Below are positions 35,772-45,599 of a stretch of DNA of 64,000 bases, one piece after another. The notes beneath the pieces were generated by a model, which ran no database searches, was not told the DNA's origin, and saw only the letters and a list, made by a program, of their open reading frames with translations. A program made the translations under genes and the position numbers. Numbering within the stretch: position 1 is the stretch's first letter; every line of letters starts with the position of its first letter. Origin of the DNA: an uncultured Methanosarcinales archaeon (GTDB lineage Archaea > Nanobdellota > Nanobdellia > Woesearchaeales > SKGA01); contig CAYRYB010000001.1 of NCBI GenBank assembly GCA_964428395.1, positions 139,971 through 203,970 on the forward strand. The letters run 5' to 3'.

Positions 35772-35924
35772 ATGAAAACAATAAACGTATTGGACACACA
35801 AAAACAAGTTGACATGAACAGGTCTATGGAAGTATACGATGAAGATTATGCTGATGAAGATTTTATTTCCCTCTATGAAGCAGCGTTTCTTGAGACATTC
35901 AACAAAGAACAAGAGCAATCTTAA
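35772..35924 (+). CDS. possible small acidic protein (50 aa), absent from the ORF track
   Basis: The SD-like gaggtga lies 5 nt before the ATG. Product MKTINVLDTQKQVDMNRSMEVYDEDYADEDFISLYEAAFLETFNKEQEQS. The overlapping minus-strand track ORF 35685..35918 looks like an artefact. Confidence 0.3.
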   Translation: MKTINVLDTQKQVDMNRSMEVYDEDYADEDFISLYEAAFLETFNKEQEQS

Positions 35925-36252
35925 GCAGTATAAAAAACGATCAAGTCAAAAAATAAAAAACCCATTAATTCCTCACTTACCACCAAACAACTAACCAAAC
36001 CCTAACAACTATTACGTTGTTAGGGTATTTAAATTCCTCACACCAACCCACACAACCAACCTTCAGCCGGAAAGAACTAGAAAATTGTTTCCTCATTCTT
36101 TCCGACTGATTTTTCTTTTCAAAAGATTCTTTCCAAAAGAAAATCTCAGAAAAAGCTTTCTAAAAAAGCAGGATAACAAATCATAAAACGGTATTCTAAG
36201 AAAAAGATAGTTCTCATAATGTTTTTAAAAGAAGACCTGTTTGTTATAGTCT

Positions 36253-37185
36253 ATGAATTTTTCAAGCAAAGTATTTCTTGCGCCCATGGCAGGCATTACT
36301 GATCCTGCGTTTCGCGCTCTTTGCGCGCAAAGTGGGGCTGGTTTAACAACAACAGAGTTAATTAGTGCTCAAGGCATTGTGCGCAATAATAAAAAAACGC
36401 AAACGATGATAACGCGTGCACCACAAGAAAAGATGTTTGCAATACAATTATTTGGTAGTGATCCAAACGTTATGGCAAGTGCTGCTAAACGTATTCAAGC
36501 ACATGCTGATATGATTGATATTAATATGGGTTGTCCTGTTAAAAAAGTGTATGAGCTCGGTGCGGGAAGCGCGCTTCTTGCTCATCCAAAACGTGCAGGA
36601 GCTATTGTTTTGGCTATGACGCGCGCGGTGAGTATTCCAATTAGCGTAAAAATGAGGATTGGTCTTTCTTCTTTTGATGAAAAGCTGGCTGTTTCAGTGG
36701 CTAAAGCTTGTGAGAAAAATGGCGCTGCAATGATTACGGTTCATGGTCGAACTAGAGAGCAACAGTACCGCGGTAAAGCTAATTGGAATGCCATTGAAAA
36801 AATAAAAAATAAAGTAACTATTCCAGTGGTTGGCAATGGAGATATTACAACGCCAGAAAACGCAAAAGAAAAACTAAAGATTACAGATTACGTTGCTATT
36901 GGTCGCGCTAGTTCTGGAAATCCCTTACTCTTCAAAAACATACAAGATTTCTTGCGCACAGGAAAATATAAACAAACATCTTCCGTTCAGCGTTTAAGAA
37001 TGTTTAAACGATACCTTGCCTTTGCAGAAAAATTTCATACACCATTGCCCATACAACGTTTGCAGGCACAACACACCATAAAAGGAAAAACGAATGCCGC
37101 TACGTCTCGACTCGCTTTAAACAAAGCACAATCGCCTGTGGAACTACGTACTATAGTAAGTGATGTTCTTAAACCACAAAGTTAA
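36253..37185 (+). CDS. tRNA-dihydrouridine synthase (Dus family)
   Basis: N-terminus LAPMAGITDPAFRALC. The catalytic Cys context MGCPVKKV. A TIM-barrel FMN-binding pattern. Confidence 0.9.
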   Translation: MNFSSKVFLAPMAGITDPAFRALCAQSGAGLTTTELISAQGIVRNNKKTQTMITRAPQEKMFAIQLFGSDPNVMASAAKRIQAHADMIDINMGCPVKKVYELGAGSALLAHPKRAGAIVLAMTRAVSIPISVKMRIGLSSFDEKLAVSVAKACEKNGAAMITVHGRTREQQYRGKANWNAIEKIKNKVTIPVVGNGDITTPENAKEKLKITDYVAIGRASSGNPLLFKNIQDFLRTGKYKQTSSVQRLRMFKRYLAFAEKFHTPLPIQRLQAQHTIKGKTNAATSRLALNKAQSPVELRTIVSDVLKPQS

Positions 37186-37211
37186 TAAGCTCTTTTGCCT
37201 TAAAAAGACCT

Positions 37212-37892
37212 ATGGGATTTGTTGCAGGTATTGATGAAGCAGGTAGAGGTCCTGTTCTTGGCTCAATGGTTATGGCAATTGTTGCGGCAAAACAAAAAGA
37301 TATTTCTTTTTTACAGCAAATTGGCGTTAAAGATTCAAAGCTTTTGACGCCATTAAAGCGAAACAAACTTGCACGCATCATTAAACAAAAATTACCCCAT
37401 GCAATTATTAAAGTGTCGCCAAAGGATATCGATACATCTCTTCTTAGCAAGAATTCTTCATTAAATGATCTTGAAGCATACACTTCTGGAAAACTTATTA
37501 AACGTATTATCGCAAAAGCAAGTATACAAAATATTATTTTAGATTTGCCAAGCAAAAATAAAGATGATTACGTGCGAAAAGTTCGCAGTCAATTGTCTTT
37601 TCCTGCAAATGCCATCCCCATTAAAGCAGAGTATAAGGCAGATCTTCATTACATGCCCGTTGCTGCTGCTTCCATTCTTGCTAAGGTAACACGTGATGCA
37701 AGTATTGCAAGTGCAAAAAAGCGTTTGAATCTTAATCTTGGTTCAGGATATCCTGCAGACGCAACTACCATTCATTGTTTGTATGAACATTTTGAGAAGT
37801 TAAAAAAAGAAAAGCTTATCAGACTCGAGTGGAAGACAACTAAAGAATTGCTTGAAAAACGACGACAAACAACGTTAAAAAAGTTTTCGTGA
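37212..37892 (+). CDS. rnhB: ribonuclease HII
   Basis: N-terminus GIDEAGRGPVLGSMVMA (DEAGRG catalytic motif). Length 226 aa. Confidence 0.9.
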   Translation: MGFVAGIDEAGRGPVLGSMVMAIVAAKQKDISFLQQIGVKDSKLLTPLKRNKLARIIKQKLPHAIIKVSPKDIDTSLLSKNSSLNDLEAYTSGKLIKRIIAKASIQNIILDLPSKNKDDYVRKVRSQLSFPANAIPIKAEYKADLHYMPVAAASILAKVTRDASIASAKKRLNLNLGSGYPADATTIHCLYEHFEKLKKEKLIRLEWKTTKELLEKRRQTTLKKFS

Positions 37893-37999
37893 AAAAACAA
37901 CAAAATAACCACTATTGATGGTGAGTAAATGTGTTTCAAATCTTCTTTTTTTACACCATTGCGAAAGTATATAAAGGATTTTTATAAAGAAAATAGTCT

Positions 38000-40108
38000 A
38001 TGAAGAGGCGAGAGATAGTTTTTATACTCTGCATACTGCTTTTTTTAATTATTTCTCTATCAAGTTTTGCAGTAGCAGACACCACTCCTTATTCTTACGA
38101 ATCTTTAGTACTTATGCAAAACATTACTACTGGTTTACATATTATTCCCAATAAAACAACATACGATGTTTCCTACGTAGATATTAGACTTAACCTTGTA
38201 CCTGTGACAAGTTTTCGTCAAGAAGTTCTTTCTCAAAGTTTTTCACCAAAGCCAGAAGAAATAAAAAAAGATAGTATTTTATTTCACTGGCCAAATCCTC
38301 AAGAAACAAATCTTTTGTTAGAGAGTAGTTTTCGGGTAAAGACAAGTGACGATATTGTTCGTATAACAAAGAAAATTCCTTTTCCAGCAACCAACATATC
38401 TTTAGACCTTCAAAAATATTTGAAAGAAACAGAAAGTATTGATAGTAATGAAAAAATAAAACATACTGCATTCATGCTCGCTAACAATGTTGATGATTTG
38501 TTTGAACTAGAATTTAATTTTGCTGAATGGGTGAATAAAGAGATAACGTACAATCTTTCCAGTTTGACAAGTGAAGCAAATGAGCCTTCGTCATGGGTAT
38601 ATGATAATCGTTATGGGGTTTGTGATGAAATCACTAATTTATTTATTTCGTTTAATCGTGCAGTTGGTATTCCTGCTCGTTTTGTTTCAGGAATTGCATA
38701 TAGTGACGCTGTAAAAAACAAATGGGGTAATCATGGTTGGGCAGAAGTTTATTTTCCTACCATTGGTTGGGTGCCTTTTGATGTAACGTATGAAGAATAT
38801 GGATTTGTTGATGCAACACATATCGCTTTAACAAAAGGGATTGATGGAACAAGTTCATCAGTTCGATACGCCTCAAGAGGTCATGATTATGATTTTAATC
38901 CGTTGGCTCTTAATTTCTCAACAGAGATCATTGCAAAAGGAAGAGTGTCCGGTGAACGAACACAAACAACACTTGGTGTTCAAAAAAGCACTGTAGGGTT
39001 CGGATCATATAATCTGGTTATTGCAGATATCAGAAATGCCAGAGCTAGTTATGTTGTTGAAAAAGTAACCCTTGCAAAAACTGAAGGTTTGACTTTTTTT
39101 GATCCACTGCAAAAAATAATTTTTCTTGCGCCTAATGAAGAAAAAAAATTATATTGGTTGGTTCGGGTAAATGATACCTTAAGCAAAAATTATGTGTATA
39201 CATTTCCAATCTCAGCAATCCTTTCAAAAGGAACAGAATTAACAAGTTCTTTTCGAGTGGAGAAAAATCAGGAAGAATATTCTAAATTATATATGCAACA
39301 GTTTTTAGTTGATAATAAAGAGGGAAAAGAGATTGATATTGATTGTCAAGCAAAAGATGTTGCGCTCGTCAACGAAAAAATAAATGTGCAATGCACATTT
39401 GTTAAAGATAAATTTCCCATAACTCTTTGCCTTAACACTGTTTGCAAAGAAATAAAAAGTAAAGATGATATTGCTTCTTTGCCATTAGAATCAACACATG
39501 TTGGTGTGCACACAGTTATTGTTCATTCTGCTGATAATAAATATCAAACATTTGTAACCTATAAAGTAAGCGATATTGCTAAACTCGGTATTGATAAAAC
39601 AAATATTTCTCAAAACATTTCCTTTGATGAGCAAGCGCGTCTTAAAGTATATGTTAAGAAGATTTCTCTGGCCAATCCCATAAATGTTACTATCACCGTT
39701 TCTGATGGTCTAACAAGTGAATCATGGAATTTTTCAGAATTTGACGAAGATAAAGAATTTGACTTGCTTATTGATGGAAAAACGTTGGCAACAGGGAGAA
39801 ATACGTTTATCATTAGCGTAGACTACACAGATAATTTAGGTAAAGAACACAATATTAAGCAACCAGTGCAAATAAGTATGATTGCAAAGACAGGTTCTCA
39901 AAAATTACAAGGAGCAATAAATCGATTCTCTATTGAAATAAATAGAATGAGCCAAAGTATCAGTAAAGGTTTATTTGGCAGACAATACGAGCAATTTCAA
40001 CATTTCACTGTTCTCTTACTCACATTCATTGTTTTAGTTATTATTTCAAGTATCATAAAAAGTTTTGTACACATGATTAAAAGAAAGTTGCTTAAGAAAC
40101 TTGATTAA
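38000..40108 (+). CDS. secreted/membrane-anchored transglutaminase-like cysteine protease domain protein (702 aa)
   Basis: N-terminal signal/TM. Transglutaminase core GVCDEITNLFISFNRAVGIPARFVSG ... HGWAEVYF ... WVPFDVT (Cys-His-Asp triad). A C-terminal TM helix. Confidence 0.8.
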   Translation: MKRREIVFILCILLFLIISLSSFAVADTTPYSYESLVLMQNITTGLHIIPNKTTYDVSYVDIRLNLVPVTSFRQEVLSQSFSPKPEEIKKDSILFHWPNPQETNLLLESSFRVKTSDDIVRITKKIPFPATNISLDLQKYLKETESIDSNEKIKHTAFMLANNVDDLFELEFNFAEWVNKEITYNLSSLTSEANEPSSWVYDNRYGVCDEITNLFISFNRAVGIPARFVSGIAYSDAVKNKWGNHGWAEVYFPTIGWVPFDVTYEEYGFVDATHIALTKGIDGTSSSVRYASRGHDYDFNPLALNFSTEIIAKGRVSGERTQTTLGVQKSTVGFGSYNLVIADIRNARASYVVEKVTLAKTEGLTFFDPLQKIIFLAPNEEKKLYWLVRVNDTLSKNYVYTFPISAILSKGTELTSSFRVEKNQEEYSKLYMQQFLVDNKEGKEIDIDCQAKDVALVNEKINVQCTFVKDKFPITLCLNTVCKEIKSKDDIASLPLESTHVGVHTVIVHSADNKYQTFVTYKVSDIAKLGIDKTNISQNISFDEQARLKVYVKKISLANPINVTITVSDGLTSESWNFSEFDEDKEFDLLIDGKTLATGRNTFIISVDYTDNLGKEHNIKQPVQISMIAKTGSQKLQGAINRFSIEINRMSQSISKGLFGRQYEQFQHFTVLLLTFIVLVIISSIIKSFVHMIKRKLLKKLD

Positions 40109-40147
40109 AAAAATTTTTAAACGCTCCATATAGGTAGTAAACAGAGT

Positions 40148-40375
40148 AAAATCATAAAAATCTGCAATGAGTGTCACACCCGCGCCCTAAAGGGACGGGG
40201 TATGACATGACACTCATAGTATCTGCAGATTTTTAGGATACCAAAAATTTCGATCTAAAGAACGGGGTATTAGACCCCAGAGAAAACACTAAAAATTCTT
40301 CCAGAATTTTGGTGCACCAAAAAACAACAATGTTTTTCAGTGAATCTCTGTCGAAATTTTTTAGTATAAAAAAGA
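40148..40375. repeat. copy 2 of the structured repeat, carrying a ~58-bp insertion inside the innermost hairpin
   Basis: Identical to copy 1 except for an inserted segment near 40285-40343 (cactaaaaattcttccagaattttggtgcacc...). The insert itself contains the palindrome aaaattcttccagaatttt. Confidence 0.85.
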
Positions 40376-40377
40376 GT

Positions 40378-40758
40378 TTAGTTCGTAAAATTTGTTGCAG
40401 GTTCTTTTACTTTCTGATGTACGGTTCCTCGTTTTCCGCAGTAGGGACAAACCTTTACTTCAAATTCAGGGTTTTTCTTGAATGAATAGCCACAGTCATG
40501 GCAAACATATTCTTTTAAGTCAAAAAAATGCTCTGCGCTTCCTATTATTTGCTTGCTATCATCTGTTGTTTCTAAAGAGTTAGGCTCGCGAAGAGGTTTA
40601 TTTCTTGGTGAAACATCCGCAAAGCCGGATTTCGTCAAACGAGGACCTCCTGCGTCGTAGCAATCTTTACAAACAAATCCTTTCCCATCTGGAAGAGCTC
40701 GCATATTTTCAAGCGTTAATGCAACACCACATTTTATACAAGTCGGTTGTAAATCCAT
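40378..40758 (-). CDS. zinc-ribbon protein (two CxxC pairs at each end)
   Basis: 126 aa. CIKCG...CKDCY and CHDCG...CPYCG. Confidence 0.5.
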   Translation of the reverse strand: MDLQPTCIKCGVALTLENMRALPDGKGFVCKDCYDAGGPRLTKSGFADVSPRNKPLREPNSLETTDDSKQIIGSAEHFFDLKEYVCHDCGYSFKKNPEFEVKVCPYCGKRGTVHQKVKEPATNFTN

Positions 40759-40885
40759 TTACCTATCCTTCAACAACACGCTATGAGATGTTTATCTATT
40801 TAAAGTTTATGAGAGTTTAACGTTTTGCAGAAAAAAGTGCTGTTGTAAAGGTTGTTTATTTTCGCAATATTTAAAAGCTAAAGAA

Positions 40886-41245
40886 GTGTATATCTATTTA
40901 AAAAGAGGAGTTGTGATGAAGCCAAAAAAGAGAGTTTCACCGTGGTTGGGTATCGCATTGGGCGGTATGATTGCGGCTTATGCTGGATTTATCAATAAAC
41001 ATATTGGTGGCAGTCTTGGTATTCAGCTATTCATTTATGTTGGTTTATTAATGATTGCTATAGGCACAGGAAGAATAATTTATAAATGGTGGAATGAGAG
41101 GGGAAAACAAGAAGAAGAGCAAATCGCAGAAAAAATTGCTCATGTTCCAAATGATGCTCCTCGAATAATTTATTGTCCGAGATGTCACGCGAAGAATTAT
41201 AGCACATCAAATTATTGTCATATGTGCGGGATGAAATTACGATGA
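40886..41245 (+). CDS. small membrane protein with C-terminal zinc ribbon
   Basis: Two TM helices. CPRCHAKNYSTSNYCHMCG. Its stop overlaps the nitroreductase start (ATGA). Confidence 0.5.
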   Translation: MYIYLKRGVVMKPKKRVSPWLGIALGGMIAAYAGFINKHIGGSLGIQLFIYVGLLMIAIGTGRIIYKWWNERGKQEEEQIAEKIAHVPNDAPRIIYCPRCHAKNYSTSNYCHMCGMKLR

Positions 41246-41955
41246 ATATAGATTTTTTTAAGGTGCTTACCAGCAGGCGTTCTATTCGCATGTACCGCGC
41301 AACTCCTGTAGACGAAGGTGATTTATTCTTATTGGTTGAAATGGCATTAAAAGCTCCTTCTGCAGGAAATTTACAGGATTATCGATTTATTGTTTGTACG
41401 GATAAAAAAATGATTTACAAGCTTCCCGAAATGTGTATGGATCAAATGTGGATGAGCTCTGCCCCAGCAGTTATTGTTGTTTGTTCGCAACCACAAGAAC
41501 AGGCAAAATGGTTTGGTGAGCGCGGGCGACATGTGTTTTCAACGCAAAACGCTTCTGCAGCTACGCAAAATATTCTTCTTAGCGCACATGCATTGGGTCT
41601 TGGTGCGTGTTGGGTTGGTGGTTTTAATCAAGAACAAATTGATGCATTGTTTGGCGTGACGGGTAAAGCAAGAGTTGAAAGTATTATTACTATTGGTTAT
41701 CCTGCAGAAAAACCACAACCAAAAGAAGAAATTAATATAAGCACGGGCATGTATTTTAATACGTTTGGCAATAAAAAGTTTGATAAGGATGCCCGCAACA
41801 AGGATTATTCTATAAAACTTGAGCGTTTCATGGACGAAAAGAAGCATCAAGTTCAAGACATTTCCGCAAAGGGAAAAGCATGGCTTAAACAAGTAAAAGA
41901 AAAAATAAAAGGAAGTAATGATGAGTATAAAGATGTTCTAGGGCAACAAAAATAA
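41215..41955 (+). CDS. nitroreductase-family flavoprotein (start probably ATG 41242)
   Basis: RRSIRMYRATPVDEGDLFLLVEMALKAPSAGNLQDYRFIV is a classic nitroreductase FMN-binding N-terminus. Confidence 0.85.
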   Translation: MSYVRDEITMNIDFFKVLTSRRSIRMYRATPVDEGDLFLLVEMALKAPSAGNLQDYRFIVCTDKKMIYKLPEMCMDQMWMSSAPAVIVVCSQPQEQAKWFGERGRHVFSTQNASAATQNILLSAHALGLGACWVGGFNQEQIDALFGVTGKARVESIITIGYPAEKPQPKEEINISTGMYFNTFGNKKFDKDARNKDYSIKLERFMDEKKHQVQDISAKGKAWLKQVKEKIKGSNDEYKDVLGQQK

Positions 41956-42008
41956 CACTGCTCAACTACACACAAGCTTTTTAAGTAATGTGAAAATCTA
42001 TAATCATT

Positions 42009-43871
42009 ATGTCTACTGTTCTTTTTCCTCATAAAACACTGCGACCTGTTCAGGAAGATATGGTTCATCTCATAACAAGAGAGATTGGTAACAATAATAA
42101 TGTTGTTGTGCACGCACCTACCGGTCTTGGAAAAACCGCTGCAAGCATCGCGCCAACGCTAACGCAAGCGTTAGATAAGGGAAAAACAATTTTTTTTCTA
42201 ACTTCAAAAAATACACAGCATAAGATTGCTGTTGAAACGCTTCAAAAAATAGCTCAACGACATAACATTCCAATAAGAAGTGCAGATATTGTTGGTAAAA
42301 AATGGATGTGTCTACAACCAGGAATTTCCATGTTGCCAACTGGAGAATTTAATGAATATTGTCGTAATCTTCGCGAGGAAAAGAATTGTGAATTTTATGA
42401 AAATTTAAAGCAGGGTGAACAATTAACACCCAACGCTAAACTAACACTTGCTCAAATCAAAGAGCGTGGTCCAAGCACCGTTGAAGAAACTATTCAAATC
42501 TGTAAAGAAAATAAAGTTTGTCCTTATGAAATCGCGCTTTTATTGGCTGCAAAGGCACACGTTATTATTGCCGATTATTATTATTTATTTCATCCGAGAA
42601 TTCGTGAAACATTTTTAAAAAAGAATAAGAAACTGTTGGAAGATGCAATTATCATTGTTGATGAAGCGCATAATTTGCCTAATAGAATTAAAGATTTAGC
42701 AACAGCTAATCTTTCTTTGGTTCTTCTCAAACGCGCTGCAACTGAAGCAAAAAAGTTTGAACATATTCATATTAAAGAAGTGATGGAAGCATTTGCAAAG
42801 ATTCTTCGTGATTTAATGAGGGGGGTAGAATATGAGAAGTATATTAAGCAAGAAAGTTTTTTACTTCAAGCAGAAAAAATAACACCCATAAAACCCTTTG
42901 TTGATGAGCTCTTTGAGATTGCTGATTCTATTCGTGAAGAGCAAAAAACATCTTCTTTAGGTAGTGTTGCCGAATTTTTAGAAAGTTGGCAAGGAAGTGA
43001 TGAAGGGTTTACAAGAATCATTAGTAAGAAAAGCTTTCGTCATCAGGAAAACATTGTTTTGAGTTATCGTTGTTTAGACCCAAGCATCATCGCAAAAGAT
43101 GTTATGTTGCAAGCGCGCATGGTTATTTTAATGAGTGGTACATTAACACCTACAAGCATGTATACTGAATTGCTTGGTCTTCCCCCAAATACCGTTCAAG
43201 AAACTTTTCCTTCGCCATTCCCACCAGAAAATCAGTTAAACATGATTATTGCTAAAACCAGCACGAAGTTTACTTCAAGAAGCGAAGTGCAATATCAACA
43301 AATTGCAAAGGTTATAACTAATGTTGTTAATGAAGTTCCTGGAAATATTGCTGTTTTTTTCCCCAGCTATCAAATGAAAGATGCTATTGAAGTTTATTTA
43401 ACAAAAATTGAAAAGACAATATTAGAAGAACATCAAGAAATGAATAAAACAGAAAAAGAAGAGGTTATCAAGTCGTTTAGAAGATATCAACTCACTGGCG
43501 CATGTCTTTTAGCCGTTGTAGGAGGCAGTTTTAGCGAGGGTATTGATTTACCCGGCGAAGAATTAAAAGGTGTTATCGTTGTTGGTTTGCCTTTAGGCAG
43601 ACCTGATTTAGAAACAAAAGCACTCATTGAGTATTATGACAAAAAATTTGGCAAGGGTTGGGATTATGGATATGTTTTTCCTGCGTTTAATAAGGCCATA
43701 CAAACTGCTGGAAGATGCATTCGTAGCGCAACAGATAGAGGCGTTATCATTTTTCTTGATGAACGTTTTACGTGGCCTCAGTACTATCGTTGTTTTCCTT
43801 CCAATTGGAAAATAAAGGTTTCCGTTAATCATTACACAGAGCAGATTCAAAAGTTTTTTGTAAAAAAATAA
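42009..43871 (+). CDS. xpd: XPD/Rad3-family 5'-3' DNA helicase with FeS domain
   Basis: Walker A HAPTGLGKT. DEAH box IIVDEAHNL. Four Cys between motifs I and II (MCLQP, YCRNL, NCEFY, VCPYE). Motif VI QTAGRCIRS. 620 aa. Confidence 0.85.
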   Translation: MSTVLFPHKTLRPVQEDMVHLITREIGNNNNVVVHAPTGLGKTAASIAPTLTQALDKGKTIFFLTSKNTQHKIAVETLQKIAQRHNIPIRSADIVGKKWMCLQPGISMLPTGEFNEYCRNLREEKNCEFYENLKQGEQLTPNAKLTLAQIKERGPSTVEETIQICKENKVCPYEIALLLAAKAHVIIADYYYLFHPRIRETFLKKNKKLLEDAIIIVDEAHNLPNRIKDLATANLSLVLLKRAATEAKKFEHIHIKEVMEAFAKILRDLMRGVEYEKYIKQESFLLQAEKITPIKPFVDELFEIADSIREEQKTSSLGSVAEFLESWQGSDEGFTRIISKKSFRHQENIVLSYRCLDPSIIAKDVMLQARMVILMSGTLTPTSMYTELLGLPPNTVQETFPSPFPPENQLNMIIAKTSTKFTSRSEVQYQQIAKVITNVVNEVPGNIAVFFPSYQMKDAIEVYLTKIEKTILEEHQEMNKTEKEEVIKSFRRYQLTGACLLAVVGGSFSEGIDLPGEELKGVIVVGLPLGRPDLETKALIEYYDKKFGKGWDYGYVFPAFNKAIQTAGRCIRSATDRGVIIFLDERFTWPQYYRCFPSNWKIKVSVNHYTEQIQKFFVKK

Positions 43872-43948
43872 AGTCGATAAAGAAAAGTAGAATAAAGATT
43901 CTATTTAAAATAAGGATACTTTTAAATAAAAGGTGATTACATATTGTT

Positions 43949-44599
43949 TTGAACATGAAATTATTAATAATGGGTGCTCCTGGCGCAGGTAAGGGTTCTG
44001 CTTCCGAAGTGCTAGTAAAAAAAACAGGCATTATTCACTTATCCATGGGTGATTTGCTTCGGTATGATAAAGATGTTCAAAAAGAATTTGGCACGCAGAT
44101 TAATCCTTTACTTAAAGAAGGCAAGTTTGTCTCTGATGATTTAGCTATTACTATTATTAAGCATAAGCTACACTCGCTTGGTGAAAAAGCTTCTTTTTTA
44201 CTTGATGGTTTTCCTCGAACAGTTTATCAAACAAAGAAATTATTAGGATTCACAACATTAACTGGTTGTATTCAGATAGTTTTGGATGATAAGAAAATTA
44301 TTGATCGTTTATCAAATCGTTGGGTATGCAAATGTGGTGCAACGTACAATTTAGAAACAAAGCCTCCTAAAAAAGCTGGCGTGTGTGATTTTGATGGAAA
44401 GCCTCTTTTTCAAAGAGATGATGATAAACCAGAAGTTGTTAGAAAACGTTTAGAAATTTATCACAAAAAGACAGAACCTGTTCTTGCTTTTCTTAAAGAA
44501 AAAAATATTCCTTTTCTACAAATTAAGGGAGATTGGGATGTAAAAATGGAGTCTGATATGCTTGTTGAAAAGATTATCGCTTGGCAAAAAGCGCTTTAA
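43949..44599 (+). CDS. adk: adenylate kinase (long, bacterial/eukaryal-type with Zn-binding lid)
   Basis: P-loop GAPGAGKGS. NMP-binding GDLLR. Lid CKCG...CDFDG. Confidence 0.9.
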   Translation: MNMKLLIMGAPGAGKGSASEVLVKKTGIIHLSMGDLLRYDKDVQKEFGTQINPLLKEGKFVSDDLAITIIKHKLHSLGEKASFLLDGFPRTVYQTKKLLGFTTLTGCIQIVLDDKKIIDRLSNRWVCKCGATYNLETKPPKKAGVCDFDGKPLFQRDDDKPEVVRKRLEIYHKKTEPVLAFLKEKNIPFLQIKGDWDVKMESDMLVEKIIAWQKAL

Positions 44600-45572
44600 G
44601 CAAAATAGTTGCATAAGCACCTTTCGGTAATGTAAAAGTAATTCTTACGGCATCATTTTCTAAAGGAATTATTTTGCAATCAGTTGCAACAAGAAACATT
44701 TTTCGTTCTTGTCCTTCTAAGGAAAGTTCTGGTAATTGACGAACAATAAATGATGTTGTTTCTAAATCAAATGATTGTAAGACTGTTTGCTGTTGAGAAG
44801 AAAGTGTTGTTCCATAACCAATTAAAGGAAGTGTTTTTGTTGTTGTGCGCCTTAAAAATTCTTGAGAAAAAATAAATGTTCCTTCTTGATAGGAAACGCT
44901 AAACCCATTTAGTATTTGTTTTGATAAAAAAATATTAAAGAGTTTGCTTTGCACCGCGTGAACGTAAAAGAGAAGTGTTTTTCTTGGAATTCGATGTAGT
45001 GCGCCAACATAATCGTGCTCGTGGGATTGTAAGTAGTCCTGTAGCAAGGTCTTATAATCAGCATCACCTTCTATGATAAGCTCTACTGCTTTTTGAAAAT
45101 TCTTAAGAAAGATTGCTTTGCCTATAGAAAAATTGTTTTTAGAAAATCGTTGTTCATCAAAATAGTTTGGAAAGGAAATTCTTGCAGGTAGTTTGGCAGG
45201 TAAAAAGTCTGGTTTATAGACTGTAATGTCAAAGGTATTTCCAAGAAGGTTTCCTAGTGTGAATTGTTGCACTGCATATCCTTTGAATTCTAATTGGATA
45301 TCTTTTAGTTCTAATTGTGCAATTTTTTCCTTTTTTACACCTTTTATAGTAATGTATTGAGAAGTTATTGCCCGCTTATCTTTTGCTCCGGCATAGCCGA
45401 TAAATTTTCTTGGAAGATGTAATGCTCGCGCGATATGTTGTACTGCTCGCTCAGTTGTATAATTTTTCTTTGTCAGAAGGTAAAGATGATATGCTGTTGA
45501 TTCTTTACTAAGCAATGTTGTGTCCAAGAGTTCTTTAACAATGAAATCATCACAACTCTTTTTTATCTCCAT
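44574..45572 (-). CDS. truD: tRNA pseudouridine synthase TruD/Pus7 family
   Basis: GYAGAKDKRAITSQ (GxKD catalytic-Asp motif) and NYFDEQRFS (NYFGxQRFG motif). Confidence 0.8.
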   Translation of the reverse strand: MEIKKSCDDFIVKELLDTTLLSKESTAYHLYLLTKKNYTTERAVQHIARALHLPRKFIGYAGAKDKRAITSQYITIKGVKKEKIAQLELKDIQLEFKGYAVQQFTLGNLLGNTFDITVYKPDFLPAKLPARISFPNYFDEQRFSKNNFSIGKAIFLKNFQKAVELIIEGDADYKTLLQDYLQSHEHDYVGALHRIPRKTLLFYVHAVQSKLFNIFLSKQILNGFSVSYQEGTFIFSQEFLRRTTTKTLPLIGYGTTLSSQQQTVLQSFDLETTSFIVRQLPELSLEGQERKMFLVATDCKIIPLENDAVRITFTLPKGAYATILLKALFAKR

Positions 45573-45599
45573 TAGAAAAAGAAAAAGCGTTCTCTTTAT

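Noticed and set aside
35685-35918. 77-aa minus-strand ORF (MLLFFVECLKKRCF...)
   Set aside because: Odd composition. The plus-strand 50-aa ORF with an SD (35772-35924) is more plausible. Neither is certain.
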